This document shows, piece by piece, positions 21,671-30,101 of a DNA stretch of 64,000 nucleotides (positions within the stretch are counted from its first letter, which is position 1; each line of letters opens with the position of its first letter). A program made the translations under genes and the position numbers. The stretch spans positions 1-64,000 of the forward strand of contig CAWJKZ010000016.1 in the NCBI GenBank assembly GCA_963843575.1, written 5' to 3'. Source of the stretch: an uncultured Acidobacteriota bacterium (GTDB lineage Bacteria > Acidobacteriota > UBA6911). Below the pieces are notes generated by a model. It did not search any database and was not told where the DNA came from. It worked only from the letters and a program-made list of their open reading frames with translations.

Positions 21671-21767
21671 TCACGGAAGACACGGGAAAAAGCGGGAGGA
21701 CACGGAACGAGTCCGAACCGGCCCGCCACCCTTCGAGTTCTTTGTGCTCTGGGAACCTTCGAGGTGA
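21671..21767. repeat. Degenerate palindromic short-repeat element (CACGGAAGA... / ...CTTCGAGGTGA)
   Basis: Purine-rich arm tcacggaagacacgggaa...ggacacggaa faces pyrimidine-rich arm cttcgagttctttgtgctct...cttcgaggtga. Confidence 0.35.
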
Positions 21768-21840
21768 ATGCCCACACCTGACCTCTGAGCTCGAAGGACG
21801 CACGGCTGAAACCGCAGGACTCCGAAACGGCAAAACACCT

Positions 21841-23370
21841 TCAGCAGACGAGAGACACGGGGTGGACGACGCTGGTCCCCGCCGTTCGGAGCCGGCACCA
21901 GTAGCGGCCGGGGGAAGCCGGTTGTACCCTCCACTCTGCGGCGTGGATGCCGCGCGTGGCGCGGCCCTCGGCCAGCACGCCGACGCGCTCCCCGGCCGCG
22001 CTCCACACGTCGACCAGGGCGTTCCCCTCCGCGGGGAGACCGTACTCGATGACCAGGGACGGCCTCCCGCCGGACCGCCGCTGGCCGAGGACCTGGAGGT
22101 TCGGGCGCGGGCCGCCCGACAGGCAGGCCGCGGTCTTTTCCCCGGCGTAGGCGAACGGCTCGTCGCAGAGGTGGAAACGCGGCTCGCCGACCCGTCCCAG
22201 GTAGGGGGCGCGCAGCGGCGTGCGCGGGAGCTTCTGAAGCGGGGTGAGCTTCGGGCCCGTGCCTTCCCACAGGTAGACCGGGATGTTGGCCGGGTTGAGC
22301 GCCGTCGACGCGCCCCGCTCCCTGGCGATGTGAAACAGGCCGAAATTGCCGGGCTCGTGGCCGCCCAGCCAGTGGCCGACGATGTCGACGCGGAACGCGT
22401 CTTTGCCGAAGATCAGCAGGTTCGTCAGGAAGCTTTCGGGGATGCCGTCGCGCCCCGGGCCGCCGTCGAACCCATCGCCGTTCTGCCCGTAGATCGCCTC
22501 GATGATGTTCAGCCCGACGGTCGGCTTGATCAGCGAGTACGAGTCCAGGGTCCGCTGCGCCCACATTTCCATCCAGGGGCCCTTCTCGGTGTCCCAGCGG
22601 ACGAAGCCGGCCTGGCGGTGCTGGTTGTAGAGTTCGTCCACGTGGTCGGCCGCATCGGGCTGGAAGTCCTGCGCGATGGAAGGGAGCAGCCCGCCGCAGA
22701 ACCGGATGTGGGGCGGCGCGTTGGTCCCCTGCAGGTTTTTCACGCAGAGTGTCAGCCCCATCTGGTGGGTCTTGAACTTTGAGATGTTCAGCAGCCAGCT
22801 GTCCGGGTAGTTGAACGGGCCCAGGTATTTCGTCCGGCGGAACACGACTCCGTCGGGGCACTCCCGGGCGGTCGGCTCGCGCGAGTCCTGGTCGTCGTAG
22901 TGGACGCCCGTACGCTGGCTCATCTCGACGAAGCCGACGCCCGCCTGCTTGACCGCCAGCCCCTCGCGTACGAAGATCGACGAGGGGGCCACACCGAGGC
23001 CCTTCATCCCCTCGATCACGCCCTCGATCACGTAAGGGTCGGTCACGATGGCGTGGGTCAGGCCCGTCCCCTTGGCCGAGGTCAGGTTGGGCTTGATCGC
23101 GAACTTGTGGGTGAGCGGTATCCCGGGCGTGTCGCGGGTCGTAAAGATCTGGCGCGCGAGGGCAAGGGAGGCGTTCTTCTTGGCCTCCGCGTCCTCCCTG
23201 GCCGCGATCGACGTCCTGCGGATGAAGACTGCCTCGGGGTGCGCCTCTATGAAGGGGTGAAGCCCGATGTAGCGTTCTGACGCAGATGGCCGGCCGAACA
23301 CATCCGCGCCGCCGTAAACCGACGCCAGCCCGCAACCTCCCAAGCTCCTGAGAAAAGTCCTTCGGTCCAA
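21841..23370 (-). CDS. Tat-signal DUF362 domain protein with C-terminal FlgD/CTD-like Ig domain
   Basis: TTG start LDRRTFLR, IKPNLT, KFKTHQMGLTLCVKNLQG, C-terminal IEYGLP...VDVWSAAGERV...GRYWCRL. Confidence 0.75.
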   Translation of the reverse strand: MDRRTFLRSLGGCGLASVYGGADVFGRPSASERYIGLHPFIEAHPEAVFIRRTSIAAREDAEAKKNASLALARQIFTTRDTPGIPLTHKFAIKPNLTSAKGTGLTHAIVTDPYVIEGVIEGMKGLGVAPSSIFVREGLAVKQAGVGFVEMSQRTGVHYDDQDSREPTARECPDGVVFRRTKYLGPFNYPDSWLLNISKFKTHQMGLTLCVKNLQGTNAPPHIRFCGGLLPSIAQDFQPDAADHVDELYNQHRQAGFVRWDTEKGPWMEMWAQRTLDSYSLIKPTVGLNIIEAIYGQNGDGFDGGPGRDGIPESFLTNLLIFGKDAFRVDIVGHWLGGHEPGNFGLFHIARERGASTALNPANIPVYLWEGTGPKLTPLQKLPRTPLRAPYLGRVGEPRFHLCDEPFAYAGEKTAACLSGGPRPNLQVLGQRRSGGRPSLVIEYGLPAEGNALVDVWSAAGERVGVLAEGRATRGIHAAEWRVQPASPGRYWCRLRTAGTSVVHPVSLVC

Positions 23371-23521
23371 GCTATTCCCCCCCCCCGGGTGAAATGTCAG
23401 GGTCGCGCCGCAGCATCCGTTAGCCCGTCGGCGCCGTCGGCCGCGCCATGCGCTCCGTCGCATCGATGACACATTTTTACCATATTCGCACCCCGCCCAA
23501 CAACGATCGCCGTTGCCAGAC

Positions 23522-23891
23522 TGCGATTCAGACAGTGCGCAGGCGACTCAAAATCCCTCGGACGCGGACGAACGCTGGCAAAGCTCGACGGGGCGCCCTG
23601 GATGCCGCACGGACGGCCGGCGCAAAGCGCCGGGTGGTTCTCCGGGGTGGGCTGCGGCAAGCGCACCGGAGCTCGGAGCGCGGGTCCGGCCTGGCACGAG
23701 AGCGTTTGCCGCAAGCCCACCCCGGAGAACCACATCCAGAGCGCCCCGTCGAGCTTTGCACACGGATCAAAGCAAACTTAGGGTTCGCGCAAGAATGAGT
23801 TCACATTTTGGCGCGAGCCCTAAGCTACAACGTAAATCCGCGAGAATCCGCGTTCCAGGAAGTTTGCAGGATCCCCAGTGTCTGAATCGCC
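23522..23891. mobile_element. 370-bp MITE-like element with TIRs and 10-bp target-site duplication
   Basis: GTTGCCAGAC at 23512-23521 and 23892-23901 directly flanks ends TGCGATTCAGACA and TGTCTGAATCGCC (12/13 inverted match); long internal hairpins. Confidence 0.7.
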
Positions 23892-23944
23892 GTTGCCAGA
23901 CGAGGCCCGTTTGGGTGTACTCTGGAGCCATAGGAGATTACCAT

Positions 23945-25159
23945 ATGCGGCTTTCGACACGAATTTGCCTTGCCATCGCCCTCATCTGCGCCACGTGGGC
24001 CCCACTGCGCCCTGCCCAGGCACCTTCGAAGAAGTTCTTCACCGCAAACGGCGCCAGGCCGACCGGGCTGTTTGCCTCCGGGGTCGCCGTCGGGAACACG
24101 GTCTACATCGCGGGTAAGGGGGACTACAGCCCTAAGGGGGAGTTCCCGCAGAAGGTGCGCAACTGCCTGGCCGAAGTGGAGAAGACCCTGAAGGTGGGCG
24201 GCCTGAGCCTCGGCCACGTAGTGTCGGCCCAATGCTACCTGGAAGACCCCTCCAACTATGCCACGTTCAACGAGGTCTACGGCGAGTTCTTTCCGAACCG
24301 GCCCCCGGCCCGGACCACCCTGGGAGTGCCCAACGTACCCGGGGATTCCCGGGTCGAGATCACGGTCGTCGCCTACGCCGATCCGGCGGGCATCAGGCAG
24401 ATCGGCACGCCCAAGGCCGGATTCCCGTTCAGCCCCGGGATCCTTGCCGGGGACACCCTCTACATCTCCGGCAAGGGCGATCAACTTCTCGACGGCAGCC
24501 ATCCCGCCACCGTCGAAGAGCAGGTGCGTCAGACCTTGCGCAACGTCGAGGATGTGCTGAAACAGGCCGGGTTGGATTTCCGCCACGTCGTCTTCAACAA
24601 CGTCTTTCTCGACAATTACGACAACTACGCGGTCCTTAACAAGGTGTACAGCGAGTTCTTCGAACACGGGAACGAGCCGGCGCGCGCGACGGTGTTCGTG
24701 GACTGGATACCCGGCGGGTCCCACTTCGAGATCACCTGCACGGCGACTTCGAACCTGGCGGGCCGCAAGGTGGTCCGTCCGGCTTCGATGAAGTACGGGG
24801 CCGACGAGCGCGCCTTCACCGCCAGCCCGGCGGTCTGGGCGGGGGACACGCTCTACATCTCCGGGCTCTACGGGGTCGACCCGTCCGACGGACGCCTGAG
24901 CGACGACCTCGACAGGCAGGTCCGGCTCATGGCGCAGGGCGACATCGACATCCTGTCGGCCGCGGGGCTGAAGCTGGAGGACATCGTCTCCGGGCACGTC
25001 TACCTGCGGACGATAGACGACTATCAGCCGTTCAACGAGGTGTACAAGGAGTTCTTCTCGAAGGGGCCCGGCGTCCGCACCTGCCTCATGCCGAATTCGG
25101 GAATCGAGAAGAACGCGGTCAAGGTGCGGGCGTCGTTCATCGCGGCGCGCACCCAGTAG
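23945..25159 (+). CDS. Signal-peptide RidA/YjgF family protein with three tandem Rid domains
   Basis: Three repeats of Y(I)xG...F/LNxVYxEFF...PARTT / PARAT / GVRTC; GGAG RBS before ATG 23945. Confidence 0.85.
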   Translation: MRLSTRICLAIALICATWAPLRPAQAPSKKFFTANGARPTGLFASGVAVGNTVYIAGKGDYSPKGEFPQKVRNCLAEVEKTLKVGGLSLGHVVSAQCYLEDPSNYATFNEVYGEFFPNRPPARTTLGVPNVPGDSRVEITVVAYADPAGIRQIGTPKAGFPFSPGILAGDTLYISGKGDQLLDGSHPATVEEQVRQTLRNVEDVLKQAGLDFRHVVFNNVFLDNYDNYAVLNKVYSEFFEHGNEPARATVFVDWIPGGSHFEITCTATSNLAGRKVVRPASMKYGADERAFTASPAVWAGDTLYISGLYGVDPSDGRLSDDLDRQVRLMAQGDIDILSAAGLKLEDIVSGHVYLRTIDDYQPFNEVYKEFFSKGPGVRTCLMPNSGIEKNAVKVRASFIAARTQ

Positions 25160-25272
25160 GGGTGGGCGCCGCCGGGCCAGCCCCCGGCCGTGTGGGCGAC
25201 GAGCCGGAGGATATCTGGAAATCCACCGGATCAATATTCAGGGGCCGCGGCGGGCCGCCGCGGCCCACTGGG

Positions 25273-26517
25273 CTAGGTCAGGTTCTTCGCGAGGACTTCC
25301 CGGAGGCGGCGCGCGACGATGCGGTGCTCTCCGGGGTGGAGCATCCAGACGGCGATCTCCACCACCGGTTTGTCCCCGGCCGAGGGACGCACCTCGATGC
25401 GCGGCTCCCCATCGCGCAGCAGCTTGGTCACCTGGGAGTTTTTCAGGGGGAGGATCTGCTCGTCCCAGGTCACGCGCAGGTGGGGGCTCTCGTTGGCGAT
25501 CTCGGGCACGAACGGCTCCGTCTTGACGCCCCGCATGCCGTCGAGCGTCCTGGCCATGTCCCTGATCCTGGACTCCCATTCGCGCCACTCCGCCTTGTGA
25601 TCGCTGTCGAGATAGAATTCGACCGCGGTCCACAGCCCCACGATCTCCTCCTTGCCGACCTTCGCGCCGCGTCCCACGCTGTCGGCGTGGGGCGAGCCGT
25701 TCAGGTAGGCGGCTTCGACCAGTTCCTTGCGGCCCAGCAGCAGCCCGGAGCACTGCGGCCCGCGCAGCCCCTTGCCCCCGCTGAACGCGACGAGATCGAA
25801 CCCCAGCTTGACGTACTCCGACAGGCGCTCGGGGGGCGGGACGTCCGCGGCGGCGTCGATCAGGGTCGGCACGCGGTGCTGGCGCGCGATGTCGACGAAC
25901 TCTCTGCGCTTCACCTGTCCCTTGGGGTCGGCGTAGTTGAGGAAGAACATCATCGCGGTCTTGTCCCCGATGGCGTTCTCCATCTGCTCGCGGGTCTCCA
26001 CCTCCACGAGCGTCGTCCCCGCCGCACGGATCGCGTGTTCGTAGGCGACCCGGTGCGCCTTCTGCAGGATCACCTGGTTTTTCATCCCCGCGCTCTCGGG
26101 CAGGCGCCGGATCTTTTCCGGGTCCTTTCCGGCGACGCAGGCCGCCGTCGCGAGCAGGAGGGCGTTGGCGGCCCCCGAGGTCACGAGCGCGGCCTCGGCC
26201 CCGACGCGGGCCGCGATCCTCTTGCCGACGGCCTCGTGCAGCTCGTTGAGCGCCACGTGCGCGCGCGACGCTTCCTCCATGGCTTTGGCGACCTCGCGCG
26301 GCATGGTGCTGGCGCTCAGGAGCGTATAGGTGCCCGCCGCGTTGATCAGCGGGCGCAACCCCAGCTTCGCGTAGACGCTGTTGTGCAGCGCCGGAGAGGC
26401 CGCGACCGCGTAACCGTTCCGCGCCAGCCTGTCGGCCGCCGCGGCCGCTATCGTCGAGATCAGCCCCGCACCGCGCAAAAACTGCCGACGGTTCCATCCG
26501 ACAAGAATGCCGCTCAT
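25273..26517 (-). CDS. Tat-signal SelA-like PLP-dependent enzyme (DgaE / ammonia-lyase type)
   Basis: NRRQFL, INAAGTYT, VTSGAA, IDAAA, FSGGKGLRGPQCSG, KVGKEE. Confidence 0.85.
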   Translation of the reverse strand: MSGILVGWNRRQFLRGAGLISTIAAAAADRLARNGYAVAASPALHNSVYAKLGLRPLINAAGTYTLLSASTMPREVAKAMEEASRAHVALNELHEAVGKRIAARVGAEAALVTSGAANALLLATAACVAGKDPEKIRRLPESAGMKNQVILQKAHRVAYEHAIRAAGTTLVEVETREQMENAIGDKTAMMFFLNYADPKGQVKRREFVDIARQHRVPTLIDAAADVPPPERLSEYVKLGFDLVAFSGGKGLRGPQCSGLLLGRKELVEAAYLNGSPHADSVGRGAKVGKEEIVGLWTAVEFYLDSDHKAEWREWESRIRDMARTLDGMRGVKTEPFVPEIANESPHLRVTWDEQILPLKNSQVTKLLRDGEPRIEVRPSAGDKPVVEIAVWMLHPGEHRIVARRLREVLAKNLT

Positions 26518-26594
26518 TTCAGTCCTCCTGGTTGATTCCTACCTCTTATCCCGCGACACCGCCGAAAGCAAGCGGATTCACAGGAACGCGCCCA

Positions 26595-26741
26595 GGCGAG
26601 CTCGTGACCCAGGAAGAACGCGACGCCTCGCTGCGCTACGTGTGGGGCAACCGGCTGGTCGACGCGATGACGATCGGTTTCGAAAAGCCGACGCAAGTGG
26701 CCGACACCGTGGCCCACCTCACCCGCGTGCTGCGCGCATAG
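26595..26741 (+). pseudogene. Orphan C-terminal fragment, probably aldo/keto reductase
   Basis: GELVTQEERDASLRYVWGNRLVDAMTIGFEKPTQV resembles an AKR C-terminus; no 5' part upstream. Confidence 0.5.
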
Positions 26742-26812
26742 AAAGCTGCAGGTAAGTGCGTCCAGGCTTCAGAGGCTGTCCAACGGTTGAACCGCCCGCC
26801 TTGCCCGTAAAA

Positions 26813-26922
26813 CAAGTGGGTCCGGGCTTCAGCCCGGACGTCTTTTGATCTGACCTATGTGGCAACGGGCGCACGTTATAGCGACCGCAAACAGCGTCCG
26901 GGCTGAAGCCCGGACCCACTTG
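26813..26922. repeat. REP doublet (REPIN-like): perfect 28-bp inverted repeat
   Basis: CAAGTGGGTCCGGGCTTCAGCCCGGACG (26813-26840) and its exact reverse complement (26895-26922); each arm is itself palindromic; degenerate third copy near 26754-26781. Confidence 0.85.
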
Positions 26923-26951
26923 CCTTGCGTTCGAGTCGGGAGGCCGCAGCT

Positions 26952-27353
26952 TCAGATGCGGACCGGGCTGTGGGTCTCCGAGAACAGCGGGAGCGTCTCC
27001 TGCGACAACAGCACCCAGAGCCCGTAGATGCCGAGGGCCGTGCCGAACGGGATGTTCAGCAGGTGCACCGCGGACAGGACGATGCCGGCGACGCGGGACC
27101 ACCAGGAGCGGCGCAGCAGCCCGATGCCGACCACGAGCGACGGGACGCTCGTGAGCACCAGGATGAGGAAGATGACGCCGCCCACGAGCCCGACGATCGG
27201 GATGGCGACGTCCGCGCCCGGCTCATGCCCGGCGGCCACGCCGATGATGCCCATGGCCCCCCCGAACACCATCATGATGATCATGGCTGCGAGGAAGCCA
27301 AGACTCCCCCAGACAATGTTCAAGACGCCGAGTATCTGGACGTGGGTTCTCAT
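26952..27353 (-). CDS. Small hypothetical membrane protein
   Basis: MRTHVQILGVLNIVWG...NIPFGTALGIYGLWVLL; 3-4 TM. Confidence 0.75.
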   Translation of the reverse strand: MRTHVQILGVLNIVWGSLGFLAAMIIMMVFGGAMGIIGVAAGHEPGADVAIPIVGLVGGVIFLILVLTSVPSLVVGIGLLRRSWWSRVAGIVLSAVHLLNIPFGTALGIYGLWVLLSQETLPLFSETHSPVRI

Positions 27354-27446
27354 GCCGGTCCCCTCCCGCTCTCCCGCCCTTCCATCCGGGCGTTGATTCA
27401 TATACCCCGGCGCGCCCGTTCTATTCGCTTCCGCGACAGCGCCCGG

Positions 27447-28265
27447 TCAGTACGCGTCCGGGACGAAGGTCTGGTCCGCGAGGGGTGGGCGGACGTAACC
27501 GTGGTCCGACTGCCTCGGGGGGAGCTTGATCGCGTCCGGGGTGAGGTCCTGGTACGGGACGAGGCTCAGGAGATGGCGGATGCAATTCAGGCGCGCCCGC
27601 CTCTTGTCGTCGGCGTCCACGACATACCAGGGTGCCTGCTTGAGGTCGGTGTAGGCGAACATCTCGTCCTTGGCCTTGGAATAATCCACCCAGCGGGCCC
27701 GGGACTCTACATCCATAGGGCTGAGCTTCCAGCGCTTGGTCGGGTCGTCGAGCCTGGCCTGAAACCGGGCCTCCTGCTCGGCGTCGCTCACCGAGAACCA
27801 GTACTTGATCAGGGCGATGCCCGAGCGCACGAGCATCCGCTCGAATTCCGGGCACGAGCGGAGAAACTCGATGTATTCGGCCTCGGTGCAGAACCCCATG
27901 ACGCGTTCCACGCCGGCGCGGTTGTACCAGCTCCGGTCGAACAGGACCATCTCGCCGGCGGCGGGGAGGCGTGCGACGTACCGCTGGAAATACCACTGGG
28001 TTTTCTCGCGCTCGGTCGGGGTTCCCAGAGCCTCGACCCGGCAGATGCGGGGGTTGAGGCTTTCCGTGATGCGCTTGATCACACCGCCCTTCCCGGCGGC
28101 GTCCCGCCCTTCGAAAATCACGACCACCTTCAGGCCTTCGTGTTTGATCCATTCCTGGAGCTTGACGAGCTCGACCTGGAGCGCGGCGAGTTCCTGTTCG
28201 TAGAACTTCTTCTCCAGCGGTTGTTTCTTGGCCGGGTGCTTCTCTTTGTGGTGGGACTTGGACAC
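27447..28265 (-). CDS. ppk2: Polyphosphate kinase 2
   Basis: FEGRDAAGKGG (Walker A), FDRSWYNRAGVE, WKLSPMD; GGAGG RBS before GTG 28265. Confidence 0.93.
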   Translation of the reverse strand: MSKSHHKEKHPAKKQPLEKKFYEQELAALQVELVKLQEWIKHEGLKVVVIFEGRDAAGKGGVIKRITESLNPRICRVEALGTPTEREKTQWYFQRYVARLPAAGEMVLFDRSWYNRAGVERVMGFCTEAEYIEFLRSCPEFERMLVRSGIALIKYWFSVSDAEQEARFQARLDDPTKRWKLSPMDVESRARWVDYSKAKDEMFAYTDLKQAPWYVVDADDKRRARLNCIRHLLSLVPYQDLTPDAIKLPPRQSDHGYVRPPLADQTFVPDAY

Positions 28266-28335
28266 GTGGATCCTCCGCGTTATCGACCGGCACGCTACCA
28301 CAGGAACACCTGCCTCCGCCAGCGCCCGAGAAGGC

Positions 28336-30030
28336 TCAACGATGCGACACCAGGTCGCCGAAGGCGGCGAGCAGCGCGTACTTGTCCAGCCAGGTCGTGT
28401 ACATGATCCCGCACGCCCCCGGGGTGGCGTCGAGCGCCCTGAGCCAGCCCTCGGGGTTTTCCAGCGTGTCGGCATCGTAATACGCGGCCGCGAGCGTGCG
28501 GAAACCCAGGCCGGAGAAGTGCCGCAGGCTCTTCTCCCGCATTTCGTAATACCAGCACGCGATGTTGATGTCCTTGGGGACGTGCTCCCAGGAGCCGGCG
28601 AAGTTCCCCTCGGCCAGGTAGTAGTACTTCTTGGCGGGGTTCGCGTTGTGGTTGGGGTCGAGCATGTCCGACCAGACGAACACTTCGGCCTTGGGGTTGG
28701 CCGCGCGGATCATCTCGAACTGCCGGGTGACGCAGTCGCCGAGGATTTCCCCCATGGACAGGTGGCGGCGCTTGCAGGCCTCGCACGAGCCGCCGACCCG
28801 CATTTCGTCCATGCTGAGCAGGTACTTCTGCGGCGCCAGCGCCTCCTGGAGCAGGCGCACCTGGGTGCGCCAGATGTCGTAGAGTTCCGGCTCGGACATG
28901 CACACGGGCGTCTGGCCGCGGTAGATCGAGACGCCGTGGTAGTAGCTGACCCTCAGCCGCTCCCCGGCGCGGATCCTCGAGCCGGGCTTGAGCCGGATGG
29001 GCGGGCCGTCGTGGCCGAAGCGGAAGTCGATGCCGGGATCGGCCACCGGCTCGTAGTCGCGGCCCTCCTCATAGACGGTGCCGTCCTTTTCGGAGCGGAC
29101 GGTCAGCGGCGTTCCGGAGCGGCGCAGGACGTTGACGAGGCCGACCTCCTCGAGCCGCAGGTCGTCCAGCCAGAGCTTCCCGCCTGCCTTCCCCTCGACC
29201 GTCGGCGCGAGGCGGACCCGGTCGTAGCCCCAGCTATTGAAGCCCACGGCGACTTCGTGCCAGTCGCCGGTCGGCTTCATGCTCGGGTTCAGGTACTGGA
29301 GCCGGCGTTCGTCGGAGGCGCCGCGTACTTCCAGCGTGAGGTTGCCCGAACCGAACGGATCGGACGGGTTCAGGTTCTGGGACTTGACCCAGCAGCGCAG
29401 GCGGTAGCAGCGGTACGGCCGCACGGCGACCTCCTGCACGACGCCGGCGGAGTCGCCGGGGGCCCGGTCGAGGTTGGAGAAGCGGAGCGCCGCCTTCCCG
29501 GCCTTGTACACCTGCCGGTCGAGGGCGACCGTCTCGCCGAGCTTCCCCTTGAGCTCGAACCCCGGAATGCGGTCGTCGGCCTGCTGTTCGAACCCCCCGT
29601 TGACCACGGCCGTTCCCGGGTCCGCGACCAGCCGGGCTTCGGCGCCCGTGGCTACGAAAAGGGCGTCCTTAACTGGGAGCCCGGCCGCGAGGTTCTTGTT
29701 GTGCGCCAGGACCGAGCTGCCGTAGGCGGCCGAGAGGAAGGACGGGATGATGCCGACGCGGTGCTCGGCGCAGATCCGGCGCACCTCTTGCAGGCGCCGC
29801 ATGAATTCCGGCGGCTGCAGATCCAGCCGGTCCAGACCGGCGGACAAGACCATGCCGTTGAGCCCGTGCTCCGAAGCCGTCTTGACCATCGCCCGGACTT
29901 TCTCGACGTCCTGATCCGACCGCAGGCCCGTACTCAGGTAGAACCAGCGCTCCGGGTAGGTTTTTTGCTGCCGCGCGGGGGCGGCGCACAGCGAGGCGGC
30001 GAGGAGCAGAAGCAGCGGCAGGTGTTTCAA
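28336..30030 (-). CDS. Secreted glycoside-hydrolase-like protein (GH20-like barrel with inserted CBM4/9-like domain)
   Basis: TTG start with GGAGG RBS, signal peptide, VVNGGFE CBM motif, LSMDE, VWSDMLDP, IACWYY, MYTTW. Confidence 0.6.
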   Translation of the reverse strand: MKHLPLLLLLAASLCAAPARQQKTYPERWFYLSTGLRSDQDVEKVRAMVKTASEHGLNGMVLSAGLDRLDLQPPEFMRRLQEVRRICAEHRVGIIPSFLSAAYGSSVLAHNKNLAAGLPVKDALFVATGAEARLVADPGTAVVNGGFEQQADDRIPGFELKGKLGETVALDRQVYKAGKAALRFSNLDRAPGDSAGVVQEVAVRPYRCYRLRCWVKSQNLNPSDPFGSGNLTLEVRGASDERRLQYLNPSMKPTGDWHEVAVGFNSWGYDRVRLAPTVEGKAGGKLWLDDLRLEEVGLVNVLRRSGTPLTVRSEKDGTVYEEGRDYEPVADPGIDFRFGHDGPPIRLKPGSRIRAGERLRVSYYHGVSIYRGQTPVCMSEPELYDIWRTQVRLLQEALAPQKYLLSMDEMRVGGSCEACKRRHLSMGEILGDCVTRQFEMIRAANPKAEVFVWSDMLDPNHNANPAKKYYYLAEGNFAGSWEHVPKDINIACWYYEMREKSLRHFSGLGFRTLAAAYYDADTLENPEGWLRALDATPGACGIMYTTWLDKYALLAAFGDLVSHR

Positions 30031-30101
30031 GAGTTCCTCCTTTGATCGGGCCCCCGGGCGTGGCGGGCCCGAAGGGCACTTCGAAACCCGAAGGTCGCGG
30101 C

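Noticed and set aside
23575-23640. GGCAAA...GGCGCAAAGC.CCGG resembling a c-di-GMP-I riboswitch
   Set aside because: Lacks the GNRA-capped P2 stem and the CTAA receptor motif; the bases are explained by the long inverted repeat.
23777-23824. Hairpin as a possible integron attC site
   Set aside because: Ends are not RYYYAAC...GTTRRRY on either strand, and there is no integrase or cassette array.
25273-26517. Selenocysteine synthase SelA
   Set aside because: Shorter SelA-like subfamily with a Tat leader; no selB, selC or selD in the window.
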